Source: Candidatus Dormiibacterota bacterium (lineage in GTDB: Bacteria; Chloroflexota; Dormibacteria; Aeolococcales; Aeolococcaceae). From it: a stretch of 64,000 nucleotides of DNA. The notes under the pieces were generated by a model that did not search any database, had not been told where the DNA came from, and saw nothing but the letters and a program-made list of their open reading frames with translations. The translations under genes were made by a program, and so were the position numbers. The first letter of the stretch is position 1. Each line of letters begins with the position of its first letter. The stretch is from assembly GCA_963709585.1 (NCBI GenBank), contig CAVPXI010000016.1, forward strand, positions 32,001 through 96,000, in the 5' to 3' direction. Shown here piece by piece: positions 1-9,528 of this stretch.

Positions 1-1188
1 CGACGCCAGGAAATCGCGTTGCATGTAGAGGGTTGCTCCCAGCCACGCCATGATCACCAGCATCGTCGCGACACGGAACGGAGTCGCCCGCCAGTGACGG
101 ATCAGGCCGTCGAGGGCGTAGCCGGCGACGGCGGCAACAGCGGGCGTCACCGCCGCCAGGTAGTACGCCTGCACCGCGTACAGATTGATGAACGTAAAGA
201 CGGGAAGGACGCCGGCCAGGATGATTCCAACCCACACGGCGCGCCGCTCGCGCAGAATCGCGATGAGGCAAACGACCGCGAATATCCAGAACGGCATGCC
301 GGTGACCAGGGTGTCGAGCGGATGGATGATCTTGCTCCACTGATGGGGATCCAGGCGCTGGCCCACGGAACCGAAGTTGAATCCGAACAGCGCCTCACTG
401 GTCAACCAGCTCGTCGCCGGGCTCGCCGCCTTGATGTCGTCGGCGTGATGAGTCCAGAGCACGGCTGCAATCAGAGGGATGGCAAACAGCACGGCGGATG
501 TGCGCAGACGTTCGCCTAGCCAGGGCCGCCACGGTGGTCTCGAACGCGCGCCCCAGTACAGCAACAGCGGGACCATCCAGAACACCGCGCTGGTCACCTT
601 GACGAGCATCGCGAGGCTGCCGAGGACGATTGCGAGCACAGCGAACCGCCGTTGCCTGTTGTCGATCCAGATCATGCCCGCCCAGGCGTATCCGACCGAG
701 AACGCCGTCGCCATGTACTCGATCATCGAAGCCCGGCTCCACCAGACATTGAACGGTGATGCGAGGAAAACGAGGACCGCGATTCCCGCGGCCGTGCGTG
801 TCGAGAGATGGCGAACCAGCCCCCAGACTGCGACTGCGGTCGCGACAAAACAGATCACGCTGCTTACTCGCATCGCCCAGTCGGCGGCGCCGCCAAGGTT
901 CATGAGCACTGCAGCCATGGCCTGGAAGAGCGGAAACTCGAACGGGACCTGCCATGGCTTCCCGAGAACCGGGAGCTGTGGAAAGAGCAGATTGATTCCC
1001 TGCTGGTGATAGATCAATGCGGGATAGGCGGTCTCGGTCTGACGGAATGACGAGATTGCGAGCAGCGGCGCGTTCAGATTCGGAAGGCGCACGAGCAGGC
1101 CGACGGCCAGCATGGCGGCGATGACCCCGGCCTCTCGCACGCCGGGGGCGGTCATGAGCCGCGGGATGCGACCGATGACCCTACGCAT
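1..1188 (-). CDS. ArnT/PMT-like (GT39/GT83) integral membrane glycosyltransferase, runs off the left edge
   Basis: Manual minus-strand translation: MRRVIGRIPRLMTAPGVREAGVIAAMLAVGLLVRLPNLNAPLLAISSFRQTETAYPALIYHQQGINLLFPQLPVLGKPWQVPFEFPLFQ..., followed by multiple TM segments. A TAGAAT -10 lies 6 nt upstream of ATG 1188 (leaderless). Not in the ORF track because it is open at the edge. Confidence 0.75.
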   Translation of the reverse strand, partial: MRRVIGRIPRLMTAPGVREAGVIAAMLAVGLLVRLPNLNAPLLAISSFRQTETAYPALIYHQQGINLLFPQLPVLGKPWQVPFEFPLFQAMAAVLMNLGGAADWAMRVSSVICFVATAVAVWGLVRHLSTRTAAGIAVLVFLASPFNVWWSRASMIEYMATAFSVGYAWAGMIWIDNRQRRFAVLAIVLGSLAMLVKVTSAVFWMVPLLLYWGARSRPPWRPWLGERLRTSAVLFAIPLIAAVLWTHHADDIKAASPATSWLTSEALFGFNFGSVGQRLDPHQWSKIIHPLDTLVTGMPFWIFAVVCLIAILRERRAVWVGIILAGVLPVFTFINLYAVQAYYLAAVTPAVAAVAGYALDGLIRHWRATPFRVATMLVIMAWLGATLYMQRDFLAS

Positions 1189-1325
1189 GCGCGGATTCTA
1201 GGAGGGAGGCGTTCAAGGTTGACGATTCCGCCGATCGAGCGAAGGGCGCGGCCGGCACCGTAGGATGGCTGCCGATCCGCCGGCGGCGGCAGGGTCAGCC
1301 GCACCCACCGACAAGGAGACAACCC

Positions 1326-1436
1326 ATGCTCGCCTTCGCTCTATTCGGCACCAAAGAGATCATCGTGTACGTGGTCGTCGTGATCGTGCTCATCATCATC
1401 GGCTGGTACGTGATGCGGGGACGCTCCAGGGTCTAA
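1326..1436 (+). CDS. 36-aa single-pass membrane peptide
   Basis: AAGGAG RBS at 1313-1318, ATG 1326, MLAFALFGTKEIIVYVVVVIVLIIIGWYVMRGRSRV*, hydrophobic core and basic tail. Confidence 0.7.
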   Translation: MLAFALFGTKEIIVYVVVVIVLIIIGWYVMRGRSRV

Positions 1437-1490
1437 CGTAACGGGATGTGAGCGCTCTGCTCGGCTGAGACCACGAGTCGCGTCAGCGCC

Positions 1491-2900
1491 TCAGCCGTCG
1501 ACCAGCAGGCCCTTCAGCGGTCCCAGCAATCGCGCCGAGCGGCGTGACACCGACGGCAGCGGCCGGAGCGGGTTCTCGTATGGCGGTCGGGCGGTCACCG
1601 ATTTCCGCCAGGCAGTCTCGATGACCTCGAGCGGATCGGCGCCGCCACAATCCTGGTTGAGGTGCTCGCTCCACAACTGCTCGCGCACGCTGCGAGCTAA
1701 TGCCGCGTCGTCGGTCACGACGTTGACCTCGGTGTCGTTGAAGAGTGAATGCTCGTTGAGATTCGCCGACCCCACCGTCAGCCAGCCGTCATCGACGATC
1801 GCGACCTTCGCGTGCACGTAGACCGGAGGATGCTGGCGGTGCACTGGGCCGACAGTCCCGACCAGCAGGCGGTGACGGTGGTCGGCGGCCTGGAGCATGC
1901 CGAGCTGGCCGCGCGTGTCGTCATTTCCATTGTTCGGATGACGCGGAAGGACGATGCAGAGCCGAAAGTCGTCGCTGGGCGGCTGCAGCAACTTCTCGCG
2001 AAGCACCGCGGTCACCTCCGGACTCCACAGGAACTGATTTTCGAGATAGATGAGCCGGCGCGCACGTCGCAGCGCGCCCATGTAGGCCTCGAGAATGCTG
2101 AAGTCACCGCGAGGCAGCGGCTTGTACGTTCGCTCGGGAACCGTCCGGATGACCTGGACGCGGCTCTCCCCGGCGGCCGGCGGTGCGACCGCCGCGGGGA
2201 GCGTCTCCCCGGTCGTTGCCTGCCACCGCATCGCGAAATGCGCGCAGACATCCGCGACCGCCGGGCCCGCGAGCTGCGCTGCCGCATCGTGCCACCCCAA
2301 GGTGCCGCTGCGGCGGTGTGGCGAGCCGTCGTACCGGTCACCCGCGAGAGCGGTCAGATCGATGCCCCCCACGAACGCCTGGGTGCCATCGACGATCACG
2401 AGCTTCTCGTGATGGCAGTGCATCGGGCGATTGCGTGGATCGAGGGCGCCTCGAATCCGCGTGCCACGCACCAGGCCATCCATGAGCTGCCGCGCCGTCG
2501 CGCGAGACGGCTGCATGATCGGCAGCGGTGCTCCCGCCCAGACGAGAACGCGGACGTCGACACGATGTGCGGCCTCGGAGAGAAGCTCACGGACGGTCAC
2601 CACCGCGGGATGCCGCTCCACTGCAAACTCCGGGTCAACCGTCCAGCCGGCAATGTGCACGTACGAGCGAGCGCTCCGTACAGCGGCCGCTATCGCGGGG
2701 AGGGCGGACGTCCCGTCGACATGGACCTGCAGGCTATTGCCATCGCGCGCTGGAGGAGCCATGGCCCAGGCGTCGCCGTCGCCACGCAGTGCACGGCCCC
2801 AACCGAGACGGGCCAGACGCCGGACGTGATGACGAGTCGCTGTATCCTCGACGACGTCGCCGAGCCTGGCATCCAGACCGCTTACGATCTCGCCGATCAC
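1491..2900 (-). CDS. Phospholipase D family protein (two HKD motifs)
   Basis: HHEKLVIVD...GGID and HAKVAIVD...GSANLN motifs; WHDAA motif. Confidence 0.9.
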   Translation of the reverse strand: MIGEIVSGLDARLGDVVEDTATRHHVRRLARLGWGRALRGDGDAWAMAPPARDGNSLQVHVDGTSALPAIAAAVRSARSYVHIAGWTVDPEFAVERHPAVVTVRELLSEAAHRVDVRVLVWAGAPLPIMQPSRATARQLMDGLVRGTRIRGALDPRNRPMHCHHEKLVIVDGTQAFVGGIDLTALAGDRYDGSPHRRSGTLGWHDAAAQLAGPAVADVCAHFAMRWQATTGETLPAAVAPPAAGESRVQVIRTVPERTYKPLPRGDFSILEAYMGALRRARRLIYLENQFLWSPEVTAVLREKLLQPPSDDFRLCIVLPRHPNNGNDDTRGQLGMLQAADHRHRLLVGTVGPVHRQHPPVYVHAKVAIVDDGWLTVGSANLNEHSLFNDTEVNVVTDDAALARSVREQLWSEHLNQDCGGADPLEVIETAWRKSVTARPPYENPLRPLPSVSRRSARLLGPLKGLLVDG

Positions 2901-3001
2901 GGTTTACTCGCTCTCATGGCGGGCTCCATGGCAAGAATGGTCGCGCATCTGTACGCTAGCGCACCGTATTAATCGGGAAGCCCGCGCATGCTGGCGGTCC
3001 T

Positions 3002-3898
3002 GTGAGCGGTCATCTCGGCGTCCTGAAGGCTTCGCGCCGCGCGGTCTTCCTTGCATGCATCGTCGGAGTCACGATCGGAGCACTGCCAACTGTGGCAATG
3101 GCCGCGGTCACGCAACCGCGCCTGCTGTCGGCCGGCAACTTCACGGTGATGGCCGCCTCTGCGATCACCAACACCGGTGCCACCACGATCACGGGCAACC
3201 TGGCGATCAGCCCGAACAAGGCGTCCTCGGTCAAAGGTTTTCCTCCCGGGGTGGTCACCGGCGCGAAGGACGAAGACAACGCGGTGGCGATCAAGGCTCA
3301 GACCGACCTGGTCACCACCTACAAAGACGCGGCCCATGCCACACCCTTCAAGAACATGTCGGGGGTGAACCTCGGCGGTAAGACGCTCACACCAGGCGTC
3401 TACCACTTCAATTCGTCGGCGCAGCTCACCGGGACGCTCACGCTCAACGGCGAGGGTCGAAGCGGTTCGCTCTTCATCTTCCAGATCGGGTCGACGCTGA
3501 CAACGGCGAGCCGCGCTCGCGTCGCCCTGATCGGCAGGGCAAACTCCTGCAACGTGTTCTGGCAGGTGACCAGCTCGGCGACCCTCGGCACCGCGACGTC
3601 CTTCCAGGGAAACCTGATCGCGTTGACGAGCATCACCATGACGACCGGTGCCACGATCGGCGTCGGGGGTGGCCTCAACGGCGGGCGCGCCCTGGCACGA
3701 AACGGTGCCCTCACCCTTGACAGCAACATCATCAGGCCGCCGACAGGCAGGTGTCCCACCATCGCCTCGTCGTCGACCTCGACAACACCATCGACTCCAT
3801 CGTCCGGGGCGGCGCCCAACGCACTTCCCCCATGGCTACTCGCCTCGGGCGCGCTGCTTGTCATGGCAGCGACTGTCCGCCGCCGCCAGTCGAGGTAG
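3002..3898 (+). CDS. Ice-binding-like protein (DUF3494) with signal peptide and C-terminal membrane/cell-wall anchor
   Basis: Hallmark segments AGNFTVMAASAITNTGATTITGNLAISP, LTPGVYHF, FIFQIGSTLTTA, NVFWQVTSSATLG, GRALARNGALTLDSN; S/T linker, hydrophobic helix, RRR tail. Confidence 0.88.
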   Translation: MSGHLGVLKASRRAVFLACIVGVTIGALPTVAMAAVTQPRLLSAGNFTVMAASAITNTGATTITGNLAISPNKASSVKGFPPGVVTGAKDEDNAVAIKAQTDLVTTYKDAAHATPFKNMSGVNLGGKTLTPGVYHFNSSAQLTGTLTLNGEGRSGSLFIFQIGSTLTTASRARVALIGRANSCNVFWQVTSSATLGTATSFQGNLIALTSITMTTGATIGVGGGLNGGRALARNGALTLDSNIIRPPTGRCPTIASSSTSTTPSTPSSGAAPNALPPWLLASGALLVMAATVRRRQSR

Positions 3899-3987
3899 TC
3901 GTTCCCTCTCTCTTTACCCCGATTAACAATCCTCCGATCAGAGTGGTGGCGTCGCCGCTTCCATCAGCAGAGAGGACGGGGAAAGAC

Positions 3988-5052
3988 ATGACCCAGACTG
4001 CGCATCGTCGCTGGATCATCGCCGGCGCCACAGCAGCAATCGCGCTGCCCGCTGCCCTCTCGGCGGTACCGGCCGCCGCCGGCGGCGAGCTGTCAAACCG
4101 AGTGTTTACGAGCGGCACGGCCACCATGACCCAGCCCGACGACATCACGTGGCTCGACGGCACCATCTATGTGGTCTGGCAGAACGGCGTCGGGCCGAGT
4201 GGCCAGCCCAGCTCGACCGGTGCGACCGACAGCACCGTCGTTGCCTACAGCAAGTCCGGTCGCCGGGTCGCGAGATGGCGGATTGCCGGCCACACTGATG
4301 GTCTGGCTGCGGACTCGGCACGCCACCGCCTCATTGTTACCGTCAATGAGGACGGTAACTCGAGCCTGTACACGATCTCGCCGGAGGCACCGGCTGCGGA
4401 TCAGGTGGAGCACTACCACTACAATTTGAACCCGCTGCCGCATGGAGGAGGTACCGACGCTGTATCGGTCTACCGCAGGATCATTCTCATCAGCGCATCG
4501 GCGCCGACGGTTGCCGATGGACCGGCCGTCTACCGGGCGCGACTCGAGGCGGGTGGGATGGCCGTGCTGGAGCCCGTGTTCTTCGACGACAGCCTCGCGA
4601 GGGTGGCCAACGTCGACACCTCGTCATCAAGAAAGTTGGTGGCTCTGGCGCTGACCGATCCGGATTCCAACGTGGTCGTCCCCTCGAGCAGCCCTCGATT
4701 CGCCGGTGATTTCATGCTCAACAGTCAGGGCGACGAAGAACAGATCTACGTCGGCGGCGCAGCAGGCCCAAGCCCGCAACTCTCGGTGCTCGATCTCTCC
4801 CAGGCTGTCGATGACACGGCGTGGGTCACCGACGCGGACGGGACGTTGCTGGTGACCGACAGCGTCGACAACGCGGTCTTCGCGGTGCGTGGCGAGTTCG
4901 ACCCCGGGGCCGCCTACGTTGCGGTCACGCCCCGCGACGCCAACACCCCGATCAATCTGCCGAACTACCTGGGTCGTCTCAACCTCCACACCGGTGAGGT
5001 GTCGCCGGCGGTGACCACCATTCAGGCAAAGGGCCTGCTCTTCATCCCCTGA
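3988..5052 (+). CDS. Secreted hypothetical protein, probable beta-propeller, possible Tat signal
   Basis: MTQTAHRRWIIAGATAAIALPAALSAVPAAA signal; PDDITW, DGLAAD and GGGTDAV blade-like motifs; RBS-like AGAGGA upstream. Confidence 0.65.
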   Translation: MTQTAHRRWIIAGATAAIALPAALSAVPAAAGGELSNRVFTSGTATMTQPDDITWLDGTIYVVWQNGVGPSGQPSSTGATDSTVVAYSKSGRRVARWRIAGHTDGLAADSARHRLIVTVNEDGNSSLYTISPEAPAADQVEHYHYNLNPLPHGGGTDAVSVYRRIILISASAPTVADGPAVYRARLEAGGMAVLEPVFFDDSLARVANVDTSSSRKLVALALTDPDSNVVVPSSSPRFAGDFMLNSQGDEEQIYVGGAAGPSPQLSVLDLSQAVDDTAWVTDADGTLLVTDSVDNAVFAVRGEFDPGAAYVAVTPRDANTPINLPNYLGRLNLHTGEVSPAVTTIQAKGLLFIP

Positions 5053-5155
5053 AACGCTCCCACATTCGCGGAGGTGGCCCCGATCATCATGCTGGCATAT
5101 GGGCTTTCGGCTCAGGGGCGCACGATCACGGGCTGGTCTGCCAGGGGATGTCACT

Positions 5156-6175
5156 ATGTCCCCCATGCCCAAACCCGACGCCCGCTCGGCCCATCAGGAT
5201 TCTTCGCGTGACCTCACCACGCTTGGACGCGACGGACCGGCGGTAAGCCGTATCGGGCTCGGGCTCGCGGCCGTCGGCCGGCCCGCCTACATCACGACCA
5301 ATCGCGCCGCCGACCTCGGCGGTGACCGCTCTGTTGGCGCCCTCCGCGACCGGACGTGGCACCTGCTTGACGCCGCGTACACCGCCGGCGTGCGCTACGT
5401 CGACGTCGCACGCTCCTACGGATTGGCAGAGGCGTTTCTCAGTGAATGGATCGTGAACCGCGGCGTGCCTGATGATCTGGTCATCGGCTCCAAGTGGGGA
5501 TACGCTTACGTCGGAGGCTGGGATCTCGCGGCGCCGGTGCAGGAGGTCAAGGATCTCTCGGCGGCGAACTTCGAGCGCCAATACGCCGAGACACGTGCGC
5601 TGCTCGGCGATCACCTTCGCCTCTACCAGGTGCACTCGCTCACGATTGAGTCAGGCGCGCTGGACGATGCGCCGCTGCTCGCGGCACTCGCCCGGCGCCG
5701 CGAGGAAGGCCTGCGCCTCGGCATCACGACCACCGGGCCGCATCAGGCTGACACGATCCGTCGAGCGCTCGAAGTTCGTATGGACGGAACGCCGCTGTTC
5801 TCGTCGGTGCAGGCGACCTGGAACCTGCTCGAGCCCTCGGCCGGGCCTGCGCTGCGCGACGCATCGACCGCAGGATTGGCGGTGATCGTGAAGGAGGCGC
5901 TCGCCAATGGCAGGCTTGCTCGCATCGGCGACGCCGGCGGCGCGGATAGTCCGTTCGGTAGGTTGTCGGCCGTCGCCGGTGTGGAGCCGGACGCGCTCGC
6001 GATCGCGGCAGCCCTGGCGCAATCGTGGGTCTCGGTCGTGCTCAGCGGCGCCGCCGGCATCGACCAACTGGCGAGCAATCTGCGCGCTCTGGACGTTGTC
6101 ACCACCGGTATGCCGGACGTCGCCGAGCCGGCGGAGGATTACTGGGCCGCCAGGTCGGCGCGACCGTGGACCTGA
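5156..6175 (+). CDS. Aldo/keto reductase
   Basis: IGLGLAAVGRP, DVARSYG, GSKWGY, YQVHS, VKEALANGRL motifs. Confidence 0.9.
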   Translation: MSPMPKPDARSAHQDSSRDLTTLGRDGPAVSRIGLGLAAVGRPAYITTNRAADLGGDRSVGALRDRTWHLLDAAYTAGVRYVDVARSYGLAEAFLSEWIVNRGVPDDLVIGSKWGYAYVGGWDLAAPVQEVKDLSAANFERQYAETRALLGDHLRLYQVHSLTIESGALDDAPLLAALARRREEGLRLGITTTGPHQADTIRRALEVRMDGTPLFSSVQATWNLLEPSAGPALRDASTAGLAVIVKEALANGRLARIGDAGGADSPFGRLSAVAGVEPDALAIAAALAQSWVSVVLSGAAGIDQLASNLRALDVVTTGMPDVAEPAEDYWAARSARPWT

Positions 6176-6182
6176 GGGGCCT

Positions 6183-7091
6183 CTACTGCTGTTGCTGCTG
6201 TTGCTGCCAGTGCACCGCGGCGTGATGCTCCACACGGTTGACCTGCTGGTTCGACATGCGAGTGATCCGCACCGTCACCTCGGGCGGCGCTCCCGTTGCC
6301 GCGCCGAAAAAAAGGCCGTGATGCGGTGCTACATCGCCGTAGTCACGACCGATCGCCAGCCGGAGGTGATGCGTCCCCACGTGCTGTCCCAGTGTCGGGT
6401 CGAGACCCAGCCAGCGACCATCAGCGCCGCAGATCTCGACCCACGCGTGTGATTGCCCCTCGGCCACCAGCTCGTCATCGACCGGTCCCAGGTAGCCGCT
6501 CACGTATCGCGCCGGCCACCCGGCCCCGCGAACCATTGCCAGGAACAGGTGCGTGAAGTCCTGGCACACCCCAGCGCCGCCTGCGAGGAGGTCGTCGATA
6601 CTCGATTCGACGGTGGTCGCTCCGCTCACGTAGCGCAACTCCCGCGGAATTCGCTGTGCCGTTGCCAGGACGCTGTCGAAGCTCGTGTCAGCGCCGTTCC
6701 ACTCATGCCACAGCGTGCGCGTGTTCTCGGCGAGGGGCACACGCGGGCTCGGGAGCACGAACTCGAGGCGGGGATCGCCGGCCAGCGCGTCCGGTTCCCA
6801 TGCCGCGAGGCGGCGCCGGCGTGGTTCGCCACTCTCGACAACGGCATCGACGGCGAGCTCCAGGCGGTTGTGCGGTATCGCAACGTCGAGGCGATGCACG
6901 AAATTGCCGAAGTAGTCGACCCGGCTCCTCGGCACCGCCCAGGGGGTGCTCAGCAGTGAGAACGCCAGCGTCCGCTGCGACCCGCGGTCGCGGGGCCGCA
7001 TGCGCACCTCGTTGTACGACAAGCTCACCTTCGCCGTATAGCGCAGCACGGTGCGGTGCGACACCGCGTAGGTCAGCGTGTCAATACCCAC
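6183..7091 (-). CDS. Transglutaminase-like protein (N-terminal domain plus core) with poly-Gln tail
   Basis: GVCQDFTH (Cys), SHAWVE (His), LDPT (Asp), GRDYGDV; GTG start overlapping the upstream ATP-grasp gene, AAGGA RBS; ends WQQQQQQQ. Confidence 0.9.
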   Translation of the reverse strand: MGIDTLTYAVSHRTVLRYTAKVSLSYNEVRMRPRDRGSQRTLAFSLLSTPWAVPRSRVDYFGNFVHRLDVAIPHNRLELAVDAVVESGEPRRRRLAAWEPDALAGDPRLEFVLPSPRVPLAENTRTLWHEWNGADTSFDSVLATAQRIPRELRYVSGATTVESSIDDLLAGGAGVCQDFTHLFLAMVRGAGWPARYVSGYLGPVDDELVAEGQSHAWVEICGADGRWLGLDPTLGQHVGTHHLRLAIGRDYGDVAPHHGLFFGAATGAPPEVTVRITRMSNQQVNRVEHHAAVHWQQQQQQQ

Positions 7092-8519
7092 GTGTCCTTG
7101 CTCCCACCGCCGTGAGACGAGTTCACCACGAGCTCCTCGGGATCCACGGCGACGCGGGTGAGCCCGCCGGGAACGATCCACGGCCGCTCGTCGAGCAGCA
7201 CGAACGGACGCAGGTCGACCGCGCGGGGCTCGAAACCGCCCCCCGCCCGCAGGCAGACGGCGCGGCTGAGGGCCACCTCTTCCTGCGCGAGCCATTGCCG
7301 GGGCTCAGCCTTGACACGATCGAGGAAGTCGGCGCGCTCGGCAGAGGACATGAGCCTGCCGAAGTGGATCCCGTAGCCCCCACTGGCATCCACCGGTTTC
7401 AGCACCATGGTGTCGATGTTGGCCACAACATGCGCCTGCTGCTGAGCGTCGGTGAGGTCGAAGGTGGGGACGTTGTCCATGAGCGGCTCCTCGCCGAGGT
7501 AGTAGCGGATCATCGCGGGAACGTACGGATAGATCACCTTGTCGTCGGCGACGCCGGTTCCCGGCGCGTTGGCGATGGCGACGTTGCCGCGGCGCCAGGC
7601 CTCGATCAGGCCCGGCGCTCCAAGCATCGAATCCCGGCGGAAGACGAGCGGATCGAGCCACTCACTGTTGACGCGCGAGTAGATCACATCGACGCGCTGG
7701 GTGGCACCCTCGGCGTCCCGACGGTAGACCTCGTCCTCAACCACGATGAGCTCGTGTCCCTCGACCAGCGTGGCATTCATCTCGTCAGCAAGCAGCCGGT
7801 GTTCGTAGTACGCGGCGTTATACGAGCCGGGAGTGAGCACCACGATGTCTGCGTCCCACTGTCTCGGGGCGATGCGCTGCAGGATGCGACGGAGCCGGCC
7901 GGTGTAGCCATGGATCGGTCGGACCGGCGCCAGCTCGAACCATTCCGGCGCCAGTGACTCCATCGCGCGCCGCGAACTCGAGGGCGTAGGCGATGCCGCT
8001 GGGGATGCGCACGTTGTCCTCGAGGACGTGGAACGTTCCCTTCACTCGGACCACGTCGATCCCCGAGACGTGACACCAGGTAGCGCGGGGAGGTCGGATG
8101 CCCACGATGTCGCGGAGGTAGCCGGTGCTGCTGTAGACGAGCCGTCCGGGCACCGCACCGTGACGGATCGCCCGCTGAGCGCCGTAGCAGTCCGACACGA
8201 ACAGGTCGAGCGCCATGGCCCGCTGCGACAGCGCTCGGCTCAGCGCCCGCCATTCGCCGGAGGAGAGAACGCGCGGCACCGGGTCGAAGGGAAAGATCGG
8301 CGCCACTCCCTCGGTGGGGACGCCGAAGGTGACCCCCCGATCGGCGAACCACTGCTGCGCATCGCGGCGGATCCGGGGCAGGCTACCGGCGGCGCGCTCG
8401 AGGGTGGCGAGCAACTCGGAATAGGGAGGCCGGACCACCCCGTCGAGGTCGACGCATTCGTCGGCAGCCCGCGGCAGTCCGTGGGCAACCCCCCGGTCGG
8501 TCCCGGCCTCGATCGTCAT
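7073..8519 (-). CDS. Circularly permuted ATP-grasp family protein (frameshifted at ~7975)
   Basis: N half: FPFDPVPR, LEDNVRIPSGIAYALE. C half: LTPGSYNAAYYEH, NAPGTGVADDK, KPVDASGGYG, GGLTRVA, VVNSSHGGGSKDTWV. Removing one base of GAGTTCG gives ...LE-SRRAMESLAPEW and joins the two ORFs. Confidence 0.85.
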
Positions 8520-8631
8520 CCACGGACAGTACTCCCCGCATCCCGCAGATCGTCATTGGTCACGGTGCACAAGGAGTGGCGACAGCGATTGTGCAGTCAG
8601 ATCGGTTCACACGCGCCGAATCAGCGGTACA

Positions 8632-9528
8632 GTGAGGATCGTGATCGACGCCCCCACGAGCGGTCGGCGACTTCGTGTGGGTTGTGAATTTCTCCATGAC
8701 CTGGACTGGCCGGTCAGCTTCGTTCTCCAGGTGGAGCCGCGCCGGGACGCCGTGCGCGCCTTGAGCAGCGCCGGTGTCGAAACCTGGCCGCAGGTGGATG
8801 TCCACGAGTACACGGATATGTACGGCAATACGTGCGAGCGGTTCGTCCTCGGCCCCGGGAGCGCGCGTATCCGGTACGAGGCCGAGGTCGAGGTCGATGC
8901 CGGAATCGACGAGGTCGACGAGCTGGCGGCTCAGGATGTGGTCGCCGACCTGCCCGACGCGACGCTGCACTTCACGTTGGCAAGTCGCTACTGCGAGTCC
9001 GACAAGCTCGGCAACACGGCGTGGCGGCTGTTCGGTGACACGGCGCCCGGATGGCAGCGCGTGCAGGCGGTCGTCGACTGGGTGCACGACAACGTCACCT
9101 TTCGACACGGGAGCAGCGGACCTTCAACCGGCGCGACCGACGTCTACCTCCAGCGAGAAGGTGTCTGCCGCGACTTCGCCCATCTCGCCGTGACCTTCCT
9201 GCGAGGGCTGAACATCCCGGCGCGCTACTGCTTCGGCTATCTGCCCGACATCGACGTTCCGCTGCCCGATGAGCCCATGGACTTCGCGGCCTGGCTCGAG
9301 GCCTACGTGGGCGGCCGCTGGTACTCCTTCGATCCGCGTAACAACGCCAGGCGCACTGGCCGGGTGCTCATCGGACGCGGCCGCGACGCGCTCGATATTG
9401 CGATGATGACCCACTACGGCGCGGCCCCTCTGCGTGCGATGCGCGTCGTGGCCGAGCCGATCGAGGCTCGGCCATGGTCGAGTGCGAGCCCCGCGGTGGT
9501 CGGCGAATTCTCCGGTGAGCTTCAGTGA
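8632..9528 (+). CDS. Transglutaminase-like protein
   Basis: SRYCESD, GVCRDFAH, PARYCFGYL, MDFAAWLE, FDPRNN, GRDALD. Confidence 0.9.
   Translation: MRIVIDAPTSGRRLRVGCEFLHDLDWPVSFVLQVEPRRDAVRALSSAGVETWPQVDVHEYTDMYGNTCERFVLGPGSARIRYEAEVEVDAGIDEVDELAAQDVVADLPDATLHFTLASRYCESDKLGNTAWRLFGDTAPGWQRVQAVVDWVHDNVTFRHGSSGPSTGATDVYLQREGVCRDFAHLAVTFLRGLNIPARYCFGYLPDIDVPLPDEPMDFAAWLEAYVGGRWYSFDPRNNARRTGRVLIGRGRDALDIAMMTHYGAAPLRAMRVVAEPIEARPWSSASPAVVGEFSGELQ

Noticed and set aside
1491-2900. PLD as an anti-phage nuclease or defence gene
   Set aside because: The two-HKD lipid-type architecture and a neighbourhood without helicase, methylase or other defence genes favour a lipid enzyme
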